Notes: generated by a model from the sequence alone, not told the origin. Shown: positions 18,301 to 28,637, numbered from the stretch's first letter. The stretch is DNA of 64,000 bases from a bacterium (GCA_030427825.1 JAUICO010000008.1:513-64512), one strand, 5' to 3'. Numbers and translations: made by a program.

Positions 18301-19323
18301 GTGCCCCAGGCTGTCGTGGTTGAAGCGCTGCTGCGGCCGCTCGATCGGGTACGACGATACTTGATCGTAGCCATGGGCGCCGTCGGTCGACGGCTGATCG
18401 TCGATCGGCGACTGCGCGTGTCTACAATGGGCGTCGCGATAGTGCTCGTCCTCCTGGCCCTGGCGGGCACCGTACCGCTCTGGATGCTCGCTCTGGGACC
18501 GGTCGTGTGGGGCGTCCCACACCTGATGGCCGATGTGCGCTACCTTGTCGTGCGACCGGGTTATCATCGCCGCACACGGCTGGCAGTGTGCACGCTCGGT
18601 CCCCTGATCGCCACCGCGATTACGGCGGACGTATTGTGGGGCCTCGCAGCCTGTGCGGTCGCCGGCCTTCTGTCCCGTGCATCCCGGCTGCGTCGAGCCG
18701 GGGTATTGGTCGCGGTCGCGGCCCTTGCGATCGCGTTGTATCTCGCAGGCCCGGTACGAAACCTCTACTTCGCGTATGCACACAACTTCATCGCAGTGCT
18801 TCTCTGGTACCTCTGGCGCCCCCGCGACCGCTACACACACACGGTGGCGATTGCCTTTGTCGCGGCGAGCGCCGTGGTCATGTGGGGCCTTCCCTTTTCG
18901 GTCATCGAGGCATCGTACGCCACCACGCCAAGCGGCCGGCTGAACATCGACTACTTTGCGGCGTCCCTGGCGCCGAACACTGCCTACGCCCCCGCGCTGC
19001 GACTTCTGACCCTCTTTGCTTTCACCCAGGCAATGCACTACGCGATCTGGCTGCGTCTTGTCCCCGAAGACGATCGAAAGCAACGCACAACGCGCACCTA
19101 CGTCAGCTCGTGGCGTGCCCTGCGTGACGACTTCGGCGCTGTCGCGCTCGCTGTTATTGGCGTGGCTGCGGTGGGTGTTGCGTTGTGGGCGTGCTGGGAC
19201 CTGGTTGGCGCGCGGGCAGGTTATCTTCGGGCTGCAGTATCACACGGCAGCATCGAGCTGGTCGCGCTGGCGCTGATCGCCTGCGAGGGACGCCCGTACA
19301 ATCGCGAGGCATCGCACACGTGA
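18301..19323 (+). CDS. polytopic membrane protein, possibly Brp/Blh-like (beta-carotene dioxygenase family); start uncertain
   Basis: Multiple hydrophobic helices with His residues inside them: GVPHLMAD, FAYAHNFIAV, FTQAMHYAIW, VSHGSIEL. GVPHLMAD resembles the GxPHGAxD motif I recall for Brp/Blh. In-frame alternative starts at M25 and M43. Confidence 0.5.
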   Translation: MPQAVVVEALLRPLDRVRRYLIVAMGAVGRRLIVDRRLRVSTMGVAIVLVLLALAGTVPLWMLALGPVVWGVPHLMADVRYLVVRPGYHRRTRLAVCTLGPLIATAITADVLWGLAACAVAGLLSRASRLRRAGVLVAVAALAIALYLAGPVRNLYFAYAHNFIAVLLWYLWRPRDRYTHTVAIAFVAASAVVMWGLPFSVIEASYATTPSGRLNIDYFAASLAPNTAYAPALRLLTLFAFTQAMHYAIWLRLVPEDDRKQRTTRTYVSSWRALRDDFGAVALAVIGVAAVGVALWACWDLVGARAGYLRAAVSHGSIELVALALIACEGRPYNREASHT

Positions 19324-19694
19324 GCGAAGGTTACGTCGCCGCGTGGGCGGCCGCGCTGACGCTCACACTGGTTGTCGAGACGCCGCTGTACGTCTGGCTG
19401 TCGCGGACTTTCTCAGAGAAGGATCGCAGCCTCGTGGTGTGGATGCTGGTGGGCCTGCTGGCGTCGCTGATCACCCACCCATGTGTGTGGTTCGTTTGGC
19501 CGCGGATCATTGACCCCGCGACGGACTACGGCGCCTTCGTTCTGGCCGCTGAGTGCTTCGCGGTCCTGGCCGAGGCGCTGTGGTTGCGGCTGTGGGGCGT
19601 CCCTTTGCGGTACAGCGTGTTGATTTCGCTCGCTGCGAACATGAGCAGCGTCGCTGCCGGCGAATTCACTCGAAGCGTGTTTGGTTGGCCCTGA
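19320..19694 (+). CDS. small integral membrane protein (about 124 aa), translationally coupled to the upstream gene
   Basis: GTG at 19320 overlaps the upstream TGA (GTGA). The product is mostly hydrophobic (AAWAAALTLTLVVETPLYVW..., VVWMLVGLLASLITHPCVWFVWP). The 19185 start in the ORF track lies inside the upstream gene. Confidence 0.5.
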   Translation: MSEGYVAAWAAALTLTLVVETPLYVWLSRTFSEKDRSLVVWMLVGLLASLITHPCVWFVWPRIIDPATDYGAFVLAAECFAVLAEALWLRLWGVPLRYSVLISLAANMSSVAAGEFTRSVFGWP

Positions 19695-19730
19695 TTCCGG
19701 CGCCTCCGGTTCCAGCACCCCGGAGTCAGC

Positions 19731-21266
19731 CTACTTTTTTCGGTCCAACGAACGATACGCGACCGCTTCTGCGATGGCAGCGGAGCTGATGCCGTCGTCG
19801 GCGGCGAGGTCAGCGATCGTGCGGGCGACTTTCAGAATTCGGGCGTAGGCGCGGGCGCTCATGCCAAGCTTGTCCACGACGCGTTGCAGGAGGCGGTGAC
19901 CTGCGGCATCGATCACACAGAACTCCTGGATCTCGCGCGGCCCCATCTGGGCATTGGAGTAGATGCCCCGTCCGGCGAAGCGTTCGCCTTGAATGGCGCG
20001 GGCGCGGTCTACACGGGTGCGGATGTCGACCGAACTCTCGCCGGGCTCGCAGCCGCGCAGCTCGTCGTAGCGCACCGCGGGAACGTCGATGTGCAGGTCG
20101 ATTCTGTCGAGGAGCGGCCCGCTGATCCGGGACCGATACCGTTCGATATCCCGAATGGAATCTGTGCAGGCGTGGGTGGGGTCTCCGTGATAGCCGCAGG
20201 GACATGGGTTCATCGACGCTACGAGCATCACCGACGCCGGGTAGGTGACCGTCATCAGGCTGCGCGAGATGGATACGACGCCGTCTTCGAGGGGTTGCCG
20301 CATCACCTCAAGCACGTTGCGGCGAAACTCAGGGAGCTCGTCGAAGAAGAGAATTCCGTTGTGCGCCAGGGACACTTCGCCGGGGCGCGGCACCCCGGAG
20401 CCGCCGCCGACGACGCCCACATCGGAGATGGTGTGGTGTGGGGACCGAAAAGGGCGTTGTCGGATGATGGCGCGGTCCCGCAGCAATCCGGCAACCGAGT
20501 AGACGCGGGTGGTTTCCAGCGCTTCTTCGAAGGTGAGCTCCGGAAGAATGGTGAGCAGCCGCTTGCTCAACATCGTCTTGCCGGAGCCGGGCGGTCCCAC
20601 CATCAACACGTTGTGTGCGCCGGCGGCGGCGACTTCGAGGGCGCGCTTTGCGTGCGCCTGACCGCGGACTTCGGCCATATCAAAGTGGTAGTCTCGCTCT
20701 CCCGGCAGCTCGTCGTCCGCGGGCGCTTCGACGCGAAAGAAGTCGTCATCGTTGCGAATGAAGTCGACGGCTTCGCCGAGGGTTCCGCAGGCGACTACAT
20801 CGATGCCTCGTACCACCACAGCCTCGTCGGCGTTTTCACGCGGCACAATGATGCCGCGCAGCTTCTGCTCTCGTGCGCACAGGGCCAGCGGAAGGACGCC
20901 GCGGACCGGGCGCAGCTCGCCATCGAGGGAGAGTTCACCGGCGACAAGGTAGCTTTCGAGGCGGTCGCGTTCATCCTCACGAAACTCCCGAGCAGCCGCC
21001 ATCACGGCGAGCGCGAGGGGCAGGTCGAATGAGGTGCCGTCTTTTCGAATGTCTGCGGGCGCCAGGTTCACGCTGAGGCGCTTCATCGGCCAATCGAAGC
21101 CGGAGTTCTCGATGGCTGCTTTGATTCGTACCCGCGCCTCGCGAATGGCGCCGTCCGGCAGGCCGACGATATCGAATCGTTGCAGCCCGGGGCCGAGGTC
21201 AGCCTCTACGAGTACAGGGGCCGCGTCGCAGCCAAGCAGGGTTCCCGCGCATACACACGCATACAT
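19731..21266 (-). CDS. YifB/ComM family Mg-chelatase-like AAA+ ATPase
   Basis: [25 protein letters not shown]-terminus, Walker [19 protein letters not shown], and a C-terminal [18 protein letters not shown] region. Confidence 0.9.
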   Translation of the reverse strand: MYACVCAGTLLGCDAAPVLVEADLGPGLQRFDIVGLPDGAIREARVRIKAAIENSGFDWPMKRLSVNLAPADIRKDGTSFDLPLALAVMAAAREFREDERDRLESYLVAGELSLDGELRPVRGVLPLALCAREQKLRGIIVPRENADEAVVVRGIDVVACGTLGEAVDFIRNDDDFFRVEAPADDELPGERDYHFDMAEVRGQAHAKRALEVAAAGAHNVLMVGPPGSGKTMLSKRLLTILPELTFEEALETTRVYSVAGLLRDRAIIRQRPFRSPHHTISDVGVVGGGSGVPRPGEVSLAHNGILFFDELPEFRRNVLEVMRQPLEDGVVSISRSLMTVTYPASVMLVASMNPCPCGYHGDPTHACTDSIRDIERYRSRISGPLLDRIDLHIDVPAVRYDELRGCEPGESSVDIRTRVDRARAIQGERFAGRGIYSNAQMGPREIQEFCVIDAAGHRLLQRVVDKLGMSARAYARILKVARTIADLAADDGISSAAIAEAVAYRSLDRKK

Positions 21267-21387
21267 GATGCCTCTCCGTTCCGGTGTTTGTGGTCGCCGG
21301 GGGAGAGTCGGGGGCACAGGGGATGTGTTGCCCGGTTGTGAGTTCAGCTGTCGCGCTTGGCCACGCAGATCGCGCGACGAAAGCGCG

Positions 21388-21420
21388 CTCAGGGTGCGGA
21401 CTCAGGGTGCGGACTCAGGG
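21388..21420 (-). repeat. 13-nt tandem repeat (2.5 copies) containing the stop codon of the esterase gene
   Basis: The minus strand reads CCCTGAGTCCGCA CCCTGAGTCCGCA CCCTGAG. The first TGA is the stop codon of CDS 21415..22872. Confidence 0.8.
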
Positions 21421-22872
21421 AATCGTGCAGTAGTCCGGGAACACCTCCGGCAGCTCACTGCCAAAGGGGTTGGTGGTGTCGCCATACTCAAACCGGCTGA
21501 GGAAATCCCACGCTGCCGCAGTCATGGCACCGGGCCAGGTGTGTCCGGCGCCGTGATCGCAGGCGACATGAAAGCGCCCTTCCGCCGCGTATTGCGTGAG
21601 CAGGGCTTCGGCGAGATCGTCGAAGTTGGTGCTTACTGCTGTGTCTGTCTCCCCACCCCACGAGACAAGGATGGGCGTGAGGTTGTCGTAGGTTTCTGGG
21701 AAGGCGAGTCCGAAGCCGCCCGAGAAGGGTGCGGCAGCCGCGACCACGTCCGACTGGGTCAGCGTAAGGAAGGTCGAGAAGAGTCCTCCGGCGCTCATTC
21801 CGCTGAGGTAGATGCGGTCCTCGTCGATCATCCACGCCTCCGCGGCGCACTTCAACACGTCCCTGAAGTACACGACGTCCGGGTTGTCGTTGCCGTAGCG
21901 GGGCAGCAGGTAGTTCCACTCGGTGGGATGCACCTGCTCGCCGACACTGTCGTCGGCACCGTGGGCGTATATCACGATGGCGTTGCCGGCCGCCGCCACC
22001 GTGTCGTAGCCCGAGTAAGCGACCATCTCTTCGGCGTTTCCACCCAGGCCATGAAACACAAAGAGTAGCGGAACCTCGGTCTCCCCGTCCCATCCTTCGG
22101 GCAGGTCCACGAGGATTTCGCGCTCCAGGTTGGCGCTCGTAAACGTGTTTGTTCCTTCGACAAAGGTCGGGCAGTCGGCGATGAAGTCCCAGGTCTCGAC
22201 GACGGTGCCCTCACAGGAGGACTCCGGCGGCGAACTCTGATCCCCATCCGCGACCGCCTTGAACGCGCTGCCTGCGAGGTCGATGCTGAGAAGGGGCAGT
22301 GCTCCGGTCACGTCGCCGCAGAAGGTGCCATCGTCGTTGATGGTGCCGTTCAACACGAAGTTGTCGAGCCGTACCGGAGTCCCGATCGGCGTCGCAACGC
22401 CGGGAACTGTCAGGGTGTCGATGCTGATTTCAAATTCACCATTGGCGACGGTGATATCGCACACGCGGGCGATTAGCTCTGTGTCCGTGACCGTCTGATC
22501 CGGGCTGATGCCATACATCTCGATGCTGAGGATGCTGTCTGAACCGCCGACAACGTCGACTGCGAAGAACACCTGGATGCCGTTCATCGCCGCGATCTCG
22601 ATGGCCATGAAGTAGCGACCGGTCGCGATCAGCGCGTCACTGCTTGCGGCGGTGTCGCAGGTCGGCCAGGGGTCGGTATCCGTGTCCCCCGAACTATCCT
22701 CGGCGGCATCCCCATCGTTCCCAACGTCATTCGCCGAGTCCTGCGCGGCGTCGCCGCCTGCGTCGCTGCCGGCATCGTTGCTGTCGTCGTCATCTGTGCA
22801 ACCGGTGGCGAATACGCTCGCGGCGACGAGGATCAGGGCGGCCGCCCGGAGTGTGTGGGATATGGACTTCAT
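21415..22872 (-). CDS. lipoprotein with C-terminal esterase (PHB-depolymerase/LpqC-type alpha/beta hydrolase) domain
   Basis: ATG at 22872 gives MKSISHTLRAAALILVAASVFATGC (lipobox), then an acidic linker. C-terminal LLFVFHGLGGNAEEM and the GMSAGG nucleophile elbow. The longer 23316 start overlaps the upstream gene. Confidence 0.75.
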   Translation of the reverse strand: MKSISHTLRAAALILVAASVFATGCTDDDDSNDAGSDAGGDAAQDSANDVGNDGDAAEDSSGDTDTDPWPTCDTAASSDALIATGRYFMAIEIAAMNGIQVFFAVDVVGGSDSILSIEMYGISPDQTVTDTELIARVCDITVANGEFEISIDTLTVPGVATPIGTPVRLDNFVLNGTINDDGTFCGDVTGALPLLSIDLAGSAFKAVADGDQSSPPESSCEGTVVETWDFIADCPTFVEGTNTFTSANLEREILVDLPEGWDGETEVPLLFVFHGLGGNAEEMVAYSGYDTVAAAGNAIVIYAHGADDSVGEQVHPTEWNYLLPRYGNDNPDVVYFRDVLKCAAEAWMIDEDRIYLSGMSAGGLFSTFLTLTQSDVVAAAAPFSGGFGLAFPETYDNLTPILVSWGGETDTAVSTNFDDLAEALLTQYAAEGRFHVACDHGAGHTWPGAMTAAAWDFLSRFEYGDTTNPFGSELPEVFPDYCTIP

Positions 22873-22969
22873 GGCTGAGGCTCCGACTGCGTAGATGGCA
22901 CGCGAAAAGAAAAGAAACGGTGCGCTGCATCGCGGCGCTTCGCTGACACCTGCCACATTCGAGCGACGC

Positions 22970-25900
22970 CTAGAAGAGCGCGCTACAGTCGCCGGGTGTG
23001 GGGCTGGACTGAATCTGCCATTGATCGACAACGCGTTCAACCGAAGACCCGGACGACGCGTCGCCGACATGCACGATAGAGGGCGTCCCGTCAGGTCCGA
23101 GCAGATTGCTGCTGTTCGTCGCGCCGTACAACACAATGTCCACCGGGACACTCGATTCCTCGAGCTCTGTGACCGGCAATGCAAAGAGGCCAACTCCGTC
23201 AGCGACTCCGGCGGAGTTGGAGTTCTGCAGGTCCGGGTTGAAGTCCACCGGAAGCAGGTAGATCGGAAGTCCGTTGTCGCTGCTTGAGATCGGCCCGCCG
23301 ACAACGACGCAGTCACCCGGGTTCACGACGCCACTGAGCTGCAGGGTCGAATAGGTCGGCACGGTACCGCCCGCGCCGAGCGAATAGGCGGCGAGATCGA
23401 TAGTGGCGCCGGACCCGTTGTACAACTCGACCCACTCCTTTCTGTCGTCCTCACCCGGCGAGTCGTAGAAGACCTCCGAGAGGACGAGTCCGAGTACCGG
23501 GCCGTCGATGACATTGGTCACCGCCTCGGCTGTCGAAGCGCCGGCGCTCGCCTCTACGACCAACGTTCCAAGCGCCGATGGAGTGACCTGAACAGTGGCG
23601 GACGTCATCCCCTGTGCAACGCTGACTTCGGCAGGCAGCGTTGCTGCGCCCTCTTCCACGTTGAGCGCTACGATTGCGCCACCATTCGGCGCCGGTGCAT
23701 CAATGGTGACAACGAGGGTCGTCGCTTCGTCGATTCGCACATTTGCCTCTTCGAAGCGCAAATCTGTCACCGTGCGCTGTGCATCCGGATCAAACACGTG
23801 CACGTCTACGCTGAAGTTGCGGCTGCCCAGCGTCGCGGTCACTTCGACACTCCCGGGTACAGTTCCGGTCGTGAAAGGTACTGTAATCGTTGTCAGCCCC
23901 TCCGGTATCGTTCGTACCGACGGCGGAATCGCTCTTGTCGGGTCCGACGAGGACACCTGGACCTGCGTCCCACCCTCTGGAGCCGGCCGGTTCAAGGTGA
24001 TCGTCAGCGGCGGAGTCGTCTGGGTCACGCTGCGCGATGTCTCAATAAATACGTCGTCCGGTCCGAGGCCCACGAGACTGGGGGGTGCGTTCAAATCAAA
24101 CACGAGGTCAGCGGCGCTGCGCGGCGCGAGCTTGAAGTCATTGTGGTAGTAGATCAGCGGCGCTGTAATCGTGACCGCGTCGCCCACGAGCGGCGCTTCG
24201 GCCGGGACGTACCACCTGTCGCCGACACGAAGTATGTCGCCGACAACAAAATCCATGTCTGTGCAGCCGGGGCTGAACTCCACGCAACGCGACGTGATGA
24301 AGGACTCCGTAATGTCGGCAGTTTCGACGCGGACAAGTGATCCCTCCCAGGCGTCTGCGTCCGCTGCGGGTGTAACCGATACGCTCCCGCCGCTGCCGAT
24401 CTCCGATGGGGCCACGACAACCGGTTCAGGCACGGTCCCGCTCCCGACCACCGCGATATCGCTGACAGATTCAAGCTGGTACTGGCCAAAGAAGAAGTTG
24501 GTCAGGCCGAATGCTTCAACGAGATCTCCGACGGCCGGGGTCGGCAACGCACCCGAACTGTTGCCGGTGTATACGAAGAGGCCCGAGTACCGACGGCCGA
24601 GGGTCGGGTCCAGCTCGTCGTCGGGGACCGCAACGAAGATCCCGTCGGATACGACGGAGTGAACAACGCCTGAGACGATCGCTGCCGTGCCGTTTTCGAG
24701 GTTCCCCTGTTTGATATCGTAGATCGATACCGGGCAGGAGTTCGTGTTTGTATTGTCGAAGTCCGGGCAGAGATCGCATTCGTCGGCGATTCCGTCGTTA
24801 TCTGCGTCAAAGCGGTCATCGCAGGGATCGCAAACATCACCGATACCATCGAGGTCGACGTCCTCCTGACCGGGGTTGGCGACGGTCGGACAGTTGTCCT
24901 CATCGGAGTCGAGTCCGTCGCCGTCACGGTCGAAGGGGGTGCATGTGTCAGACACGTCCAACGGGCACGGGTCGCAGACGTCGCCGGCGCCGTCCGAGTC
25001 GAAGTCCGGCTGCATATCGTCCTCGTCGACGGGTCGGACCGGATTGAACACATCAGGGCAGTTGTCCGCATCGTTCATGATGCCGTCACCGTCCGTATCG
25101 TCGGCCATCGTCATTCCGTCATATTCCGTTGGGCGGAAGGGAATACAGGTTGGCTCGCCGTCAGGCGTGTCGCAGAAATGCAGGTCGTACGATCCCATGT
25201 TTGCACTCTGCAGCTGCGAGAATGTGCGATCTGTGTCCTCAAGCAAACACACAGAGCGCGACTGCTCGCAGATGCCACCGGCGATGCTCTCGCAGGTTCC
25301 GATGCCGGGTATGGCGGTCAACGTAGCGGTTTCGCCGTAGAGCGGTTTGCCGCCGCGAACTACCAGGTGAACGTCGGCGAGCTCTGCGGTGATGACCGCG
25401 GTGAAGGGGTCATCGATTCCGGCGGCATCAAAGATTGCGATGTCTCCGTAGAGTCCCTCCTGCAGGGACCCGATGACGTCATCTGCACCCAGCGCTCTTG
25501 CGGCGGTGTGGGTAACCATCTCCCAAAGCTGTCGATCGCTGAAGTACCCGCCGAGGTGGTTGTCATTCAGATATATAGCGCAGGCCAGCTCGCGCAGGAT
25601 GTGCATGGAGCCCGACGGCGTCCAATCCGTGCCCAGGGCCAGGTCAATCCCCTGCGCGGCATACATTGTCACCGGGGCGGTGTTTCCATAGAGCGAGATG
25701 TTTGAACGGGGAGACCAGATAACGGCGGTCCCTGCCGCGGCCATCTCCTCGCCGTCCTCCGCGCGCAGCCCGATGGCATGCACAAACGCGGACCTGGCTT
25801 CCGCAACGTCGATGCTGCCGGATTGCGCGCCCGAAAGGCAGAGGAACTCATTGCGGGCTTCGTTATCGATGCCCTCAGAGACGTGAGCGTGGAAGCAATC

Positions 25901-26974
25901 GTCCGCGGCAGCGAAGTTCTCGGCGGTTGCGCTGTCGACGTAGCTGCAACTGTCTACAGCGAGAATTCCGCCGCTGTCTCGGAGAGGAAAGGTGTTGTAG
26001 TCGACGTCCTGCTCAGGGATCCCCTCCTGGCGCCCGAAGCGGTCAAGGTTGCGTAGGATGCCGGCCGCCGCGCCTGAGCCGACCAGCGTGGTCGTGCCGG
26101 CGATCAGCTGACGCAATTCGCCCCAACGTACTTCGTCGCCGGAAGCACTGCCGGACACGTTGATCGAGTTGTGCCCGCGGATACCGCGGCGCCAGTCGTG
26201 GCGATGGTCGTAGCGTTCGTCGCCCCAGTCGCCGGGATCGTTCTGCGTGTACGTGATGTGGTCATGGGCGTTGATGAGGCCGGGGGAGATTGCCGCCTCG
26301 GGACAGGAGATCACGGTGGCGCCGGCAGCTGCCGGGTCGCCGCTACAGTCGCAGCCCACGCACGTAATGAGGCCACCGCGGTTTACGAGAACGCTGCCCC
26401 CTTCAAAGACGGCGTCGAACCCGAGAACGCGGCCTCGAATCAGCAGGTTCTGGTCCCCCGCGGTGACCGAGCACACGCCGTCATTGACCGGCGCCAGGGA
26501 GCCACACTCGACGACTGGTGGGAGTCCGCCGCCTGAGTCCGTCGCGTCCGTCGCGTCCGAGGTATCCGTCGTGTCGCTCACATCCGAAGTATCGGCGACA
26601 TCCGAGGTGTCCGTCGTGTCGGCGACATCCGAAGTATCGGCGACATCCGAAGTATCGGCGACATCCGAGGTGTCCGTCGTGTCGCTCACATCCGAAGTAT
26701 CGGCGACATCCGAGGTGTCGGTGGTATCCGCCGTGTCCGTCACGTCTGCAGTGTCAGACGTCTCTGCCGCGTCAGAGCTATCGGCTACGTCCGCCGCGTC
26801 GGCGTCGCCCGAGTCGCCTGTGTCCACCACGTCCGTCGCATCCTCGCCCGAGTCTCCGGCGTCGCCCGTGTCGCTGATCGCCACATCGGCGGGGTCCACC
26901 GCGTCTTTGCATCCGCCGAACAGCGATACGAGGACAAGGGCCGCAAGAATCTGCAGCCACATCGATTTCATCAT
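22970..26974 (-). CDS. mosaic lipoprotein: acidic repeat linker, amidohydrolase domain, thrombospondin type-3 repeats, Ig-like region, C-terminal lamin-tail domain
   Basis: - ATG at 26974: [22 protein letters not shown].
- (TSDVAD)n at about 26534..26896.
- Amidohydrolase at about 25319..26461: [24 protein letters not shown].
- TSP3 at about 24758..25111: [11 protein letters not shown]...[40 protein letters not shown].
- LTD at about 22973..23500: [37 protein letters not shown]. Confidence 0.8.
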   Translation of the reverse strand: MMKSMWLQILAALVLVSLFGGCKDAVDPADVAISDTGDAGDSGEDATDVVDTGDSGDADAADVADSSDAAETSDTADVTDTADTTDTSDVADTSDVSDTTDTSDVADTSDVADTSDVADTTDTSDVADTSDVSDTTDTSDATDATDSGGGLPPVVECGSLAPVNDGVCSVTAGDQNLLIRGRVLGFDAVFEGGSVLVNRGGLITCVGCDCSGDPAAAGATVISCPEAAISPGLINAHDHITYTQNDPGDWGDERYDHRHDWRRGIRGHNSINVSGSASGDEVRWGELRQLIAGTTTLVGSGAAAGILRNLDRFGRQEGIPEQDVDYNTFPLRDSGGILAVDSCSYVDSATAENFAAADDCFHAHVSEGIDNEARNEFLCLSGAQSGSIDVAEARSAFVHAIGLRAEDGEEMAAAGTAVIWSPRSNISLYGNTAPVTMYAAQGIDLALGTDWTPSGSMHILRELACAIYLNDNHLGGYFSDRQLWEMVTHTAARALGADDVIGSLQEGLYGDIAIFDAAGIDDPFTAVITAELADVHLVVRGGKPLYGETATLTAIPGIGTCESIAGGICEQSRSVCLLEDTDRTFSQLQSANMGSYDLHFCDTPDGEPTCIPFRPTEYDGMTMADDTDGDGIMNDADNCPDVFNPVRPVDEDDMQPDFDSDGAGDVCDPCPLDVSDTCTPFDRDGDGLDSDEDNCPTVANPGQEDVDLDGIGDVCDPCDDRFDADNDGIADECDLCPDFDNTNTNSCPVSIYDIKQGNLENGTAAIVSGVVHSVVSDGIFVAVPDDELDPTLGRRYSGLFVYTGNSSGALPTPAVGDLVEAFGLTNFFFGQYQLESVSDIAVVGSGTVPEPVVVAPSEIGSGGSVSVTPAADADAWEGSLVRVETADITESFITSRCVEFSPGCTDMDFVVGDILRVGDRWYVPAEAPLVGDAVTITAPLIYYHNDFKLAPRSAADLVFDLNAPPSLVGLGPDDVFIETSRSVTQTTPPLTITLNRPAPEGGTQVQVSSSDPTRAIPPSVRTIPEGLTTITVPFTTGTVPGSVEVTATLGSRNFSVDVHVFDPDAQRTVTDLRFEEANVRIDEATTLVVTIDAPAPNGGAIVALNVEEGAATLPAEVSVAQGMTSATVQVTPSALGTLVVEASAGASTAEAVTNVIDGPVLGLVLSEVFYDSPGEDDRKEWVELYNGSGATIDLAAYSLGAGGTVPTYSTLQLSGVVNPGDCVVVGGPISSSDNGLPIYLLPVDFNPDLQNSNSAGVADGVGLFALPVTELEESSVPVDIVLYGATNSSNLLGPDGTPSIVHVGDASSGSSVERVVDQWQIQSSPTPGDCSALF
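26540..26760 (-). repeat. in-frame tandem DNA repeats encoding (T/S)D-rich acidic linker
   Basis: The plus strand shows reiterated gacatccgaagtatcggc and gacatccgaggtgtccgtcgtgtcg units. The protein reads [36 protein letters not shown]... Confidence 0.85.
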
Positions 26975-27152
26975 TCCCTCTCCCAGGACGCGAACGGCTT
27001 CGCGGCTGCATGTGTGCTGAATCTGGTGTACGTTCCGCGACACAACGTAGCGTGCACATCTTTCGGGCTCAACGGCTATGGCCTTTTGCCCGGATCATGT
27101 TGAGAGTAAATGCGACCAATGTGCACACTCGCACCCACACGGTGAGCAGACG

Positions 27153-27830
27153 ATGTCCGAAGAGAACGACGACAAGGCGAAAAACTGGGGTCAGCCCGTG
27201 CAGGCCGGCGGCGAATGGAAGCAACCCGGGCAGGCGCCGAACATCCATGATCCGAACGCGTCGACACCCGCATGGCCCGAGCCTCAGGCGCAGCAGCCCG
27301 CGTCGTGGGGTCAGCCGGCCGGCGCACCACAGCACCAGGGGTGGCAACAGCAGCCGGGGCACACGCCGCAGGGCGCTCCACCGCCGGCACAGGGACAGCC
27401 CGGATGGGGGCAGCAAAACGCACAGCAGGGGCAACCCGGATGGGGGCAGCAAAACGCACAGCAGGGGTGGCAGCCGCAGCCCGGCCCGCAGCACGCCCAG
27501 GGACAACCCGGACAGGCCCCGTGGCAACAGCAACAACCGCACGGCGCACCGGGCCAGAACCCAAACTGGAACCCGCAGAACTACCCTGTACAGGCGAACA
27601 AGACCTGGGTTCAGCCGAAGAACAACTCGCCCGGTCTCATGGCCGTCGCCAGCTTCTTCATCCCCGGACTCGGCCAGCTTCTTCTCGGCCAGACCGTCAA
27701 GGGCATCGCCCTCTTCTTCGGCGCCTGGTTCGGCCCCTGCATCGTCAACATCCTCGCCGCTGTCGATGCACAGAAGATCGGTGAGAAGATGAACAAGGGG
27801 CAGGCCGTCGAAGAATGGGAGTTCTTCTGA
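27153..27830 (+). CDS. Gln/Pro/Gly/Trp-rich low-complexity protein with C-terminal membrane hairpin
   Basis: ATG at 27153 (MSEENDDKAKNWGQP...). Repeats of WGQ/QPG. C-terminus LMAVASFFIPGLGQLLLGQTVKGIALFFGAWFGPCIVNILAAV. Confidence 0.65.
   Translation: MSEENDDKAKNWGQPVQAGGEWKQPGQAPNIHDPNASTPAWPEPQAQQPASWGQPAGAPQHQGWQQQPGHTPQGAPPPAQGQPGWGQQNAQQGQPGWGQQNAQQGWQPQPGPQHAQGQPGQAPWQQQQPHGAPGQNPNWNPQNYPVQANKTWVQPKNNSPGLMAVASFFIPGLGQLLLGQTVKGIALFFGAWFGPCIVNILAAVDAQKIGEKMNKGQAVEEWEFF
27399..27470 (+). repeat. 36-bp tandem duplication (2 copies) inside the Q-rich gene
   Basis: cccggatgggggcagcaaaacgcacagcagggg occurs twice in tandem and encodes PGWGQQNAQQG twice. Confidence 0.9.
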
Positions 27831-27854
27831 GAATGTTCGCGTCGCAACCGGATC

Positions 27855-28637
27855 TCAGTCCACGCCCAGCGCTTCCCGCGCGCGGCGATACGCCGGCGTA
27901 ATCTCACCGTCCGCGCCCCGTATCGCGAATGCCACATCTTCTTCCCGCGCAGCCGCAGCTGCAGCGTGTGCGAACGCGTACACTGAGAGAAAGGGCTCCC
28001 CGCCTGCGCGCATCGCCACGTCGCCTCGGCGAATCAGCGAAAGGCCGGCTTCTGTCGCCGCTTCGATGACCCGACCGTCGAAGGCGCTCTGAAAGACACA
28101 GACAAAGCGGCCCGCAGGCGCCAGCAGCGAAGCCGCGCGCTCGCAGTACGCCTCAATGCCTCCGCGCAACTCAAAGCGACATGCGGCGCGCTGCGGGTCC
28201 GGCGACAGGATCCCCGTACCGACGGGGAAGTATGGCGGCGAACCCGTCACCAGGTCGGCGCCGGCGTCAACAGTCACTTCGCGGAAATCTCCTTCCACGA
28301 TGTCGATTCGAGGCCCGTCCGGAGGCAGCTCGGAGACCGTACGACGGGCCATCATCGCGCTCTGGGCCTGCGCCTCAACGCCAATCGACCGAGCCGGCCG
28401 CAGCCGATGCGCGGTCATCAACAGGACACTCCCAATGCCGCAGCCAAGGTCAACGTATTGGCGCGGCGTGTCCGCGACAGCGACACTCGCGAACCACGCT
28501 GTGAGCACGTCGTCCGTGCTGGTTCGGTGCCCGCGACGCCGCTGATACAGGAACCAGTCGCCGATTAAGCGATCGCGGGTTGCGTCGTCGGGCCACACAC
28601 AGGGCGCGGCGTTTTCTCGCGTTGGTTGCGTTGCCAT
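27855..28637 (-). CDS. class I SAM-dependent methyltransferase (methyltransferase-small / YfiC-TrmN6-like, [N/S]PPY motif)
   Basis: VDLGCGIGSV SAM motif and DLVTGSPPYFP. ATG at 28637; a GTG at 28676 is an alternative start. Confidence 0.7.
   Translation of the reverse strand: MATQPTRENAAPCVWPDDATRDRLIGDWFLYQRRRGHRTSTDDVLTAWFASVAVADTPRQYVDLGCGIGSVLLMTAHRLRPARSIGVEAQAQSAMMARRTVSELPPDGPRIDIVEGDFREVTVDAGADLVTGSPPYFPVGTGILSPDPQRAACRFELRGGIEAYCERAASLLAPAGRFVCVFQSAFDGRVIEAATEAGLSLIRRGDVAMRAGGEPFLSVYAFAHAAAAAAREEDVAFAIRGADGEITPAYRRAREALGVD

Noticed and set aside
17890-19083. 397-aa minus-strand ORF.
   Set aside because: It is antisense to the MYXO-CTERM protein and the polytopic membrane protein genes. 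The translation is Arg/Gly-rich and featureless.
19704-19740. CTCCGG-n10-CCGGAG hairpin plus a T6 run between convergent genes, considered as a terminator.
   Set aside because: The stem is only 6 bp. The T-run lies 10 nt away and inside the YifB coding end (the Lys-Lys codons on the other strand). The evidence is not convincing.
19884-22068. Plus-strand ORFs 19884..21032 (382 aa) and 21034..22068 (344 aa).
   Set aside because: They are antisense to the YifB/ComM ATPase and esterase genes and have no motifs.
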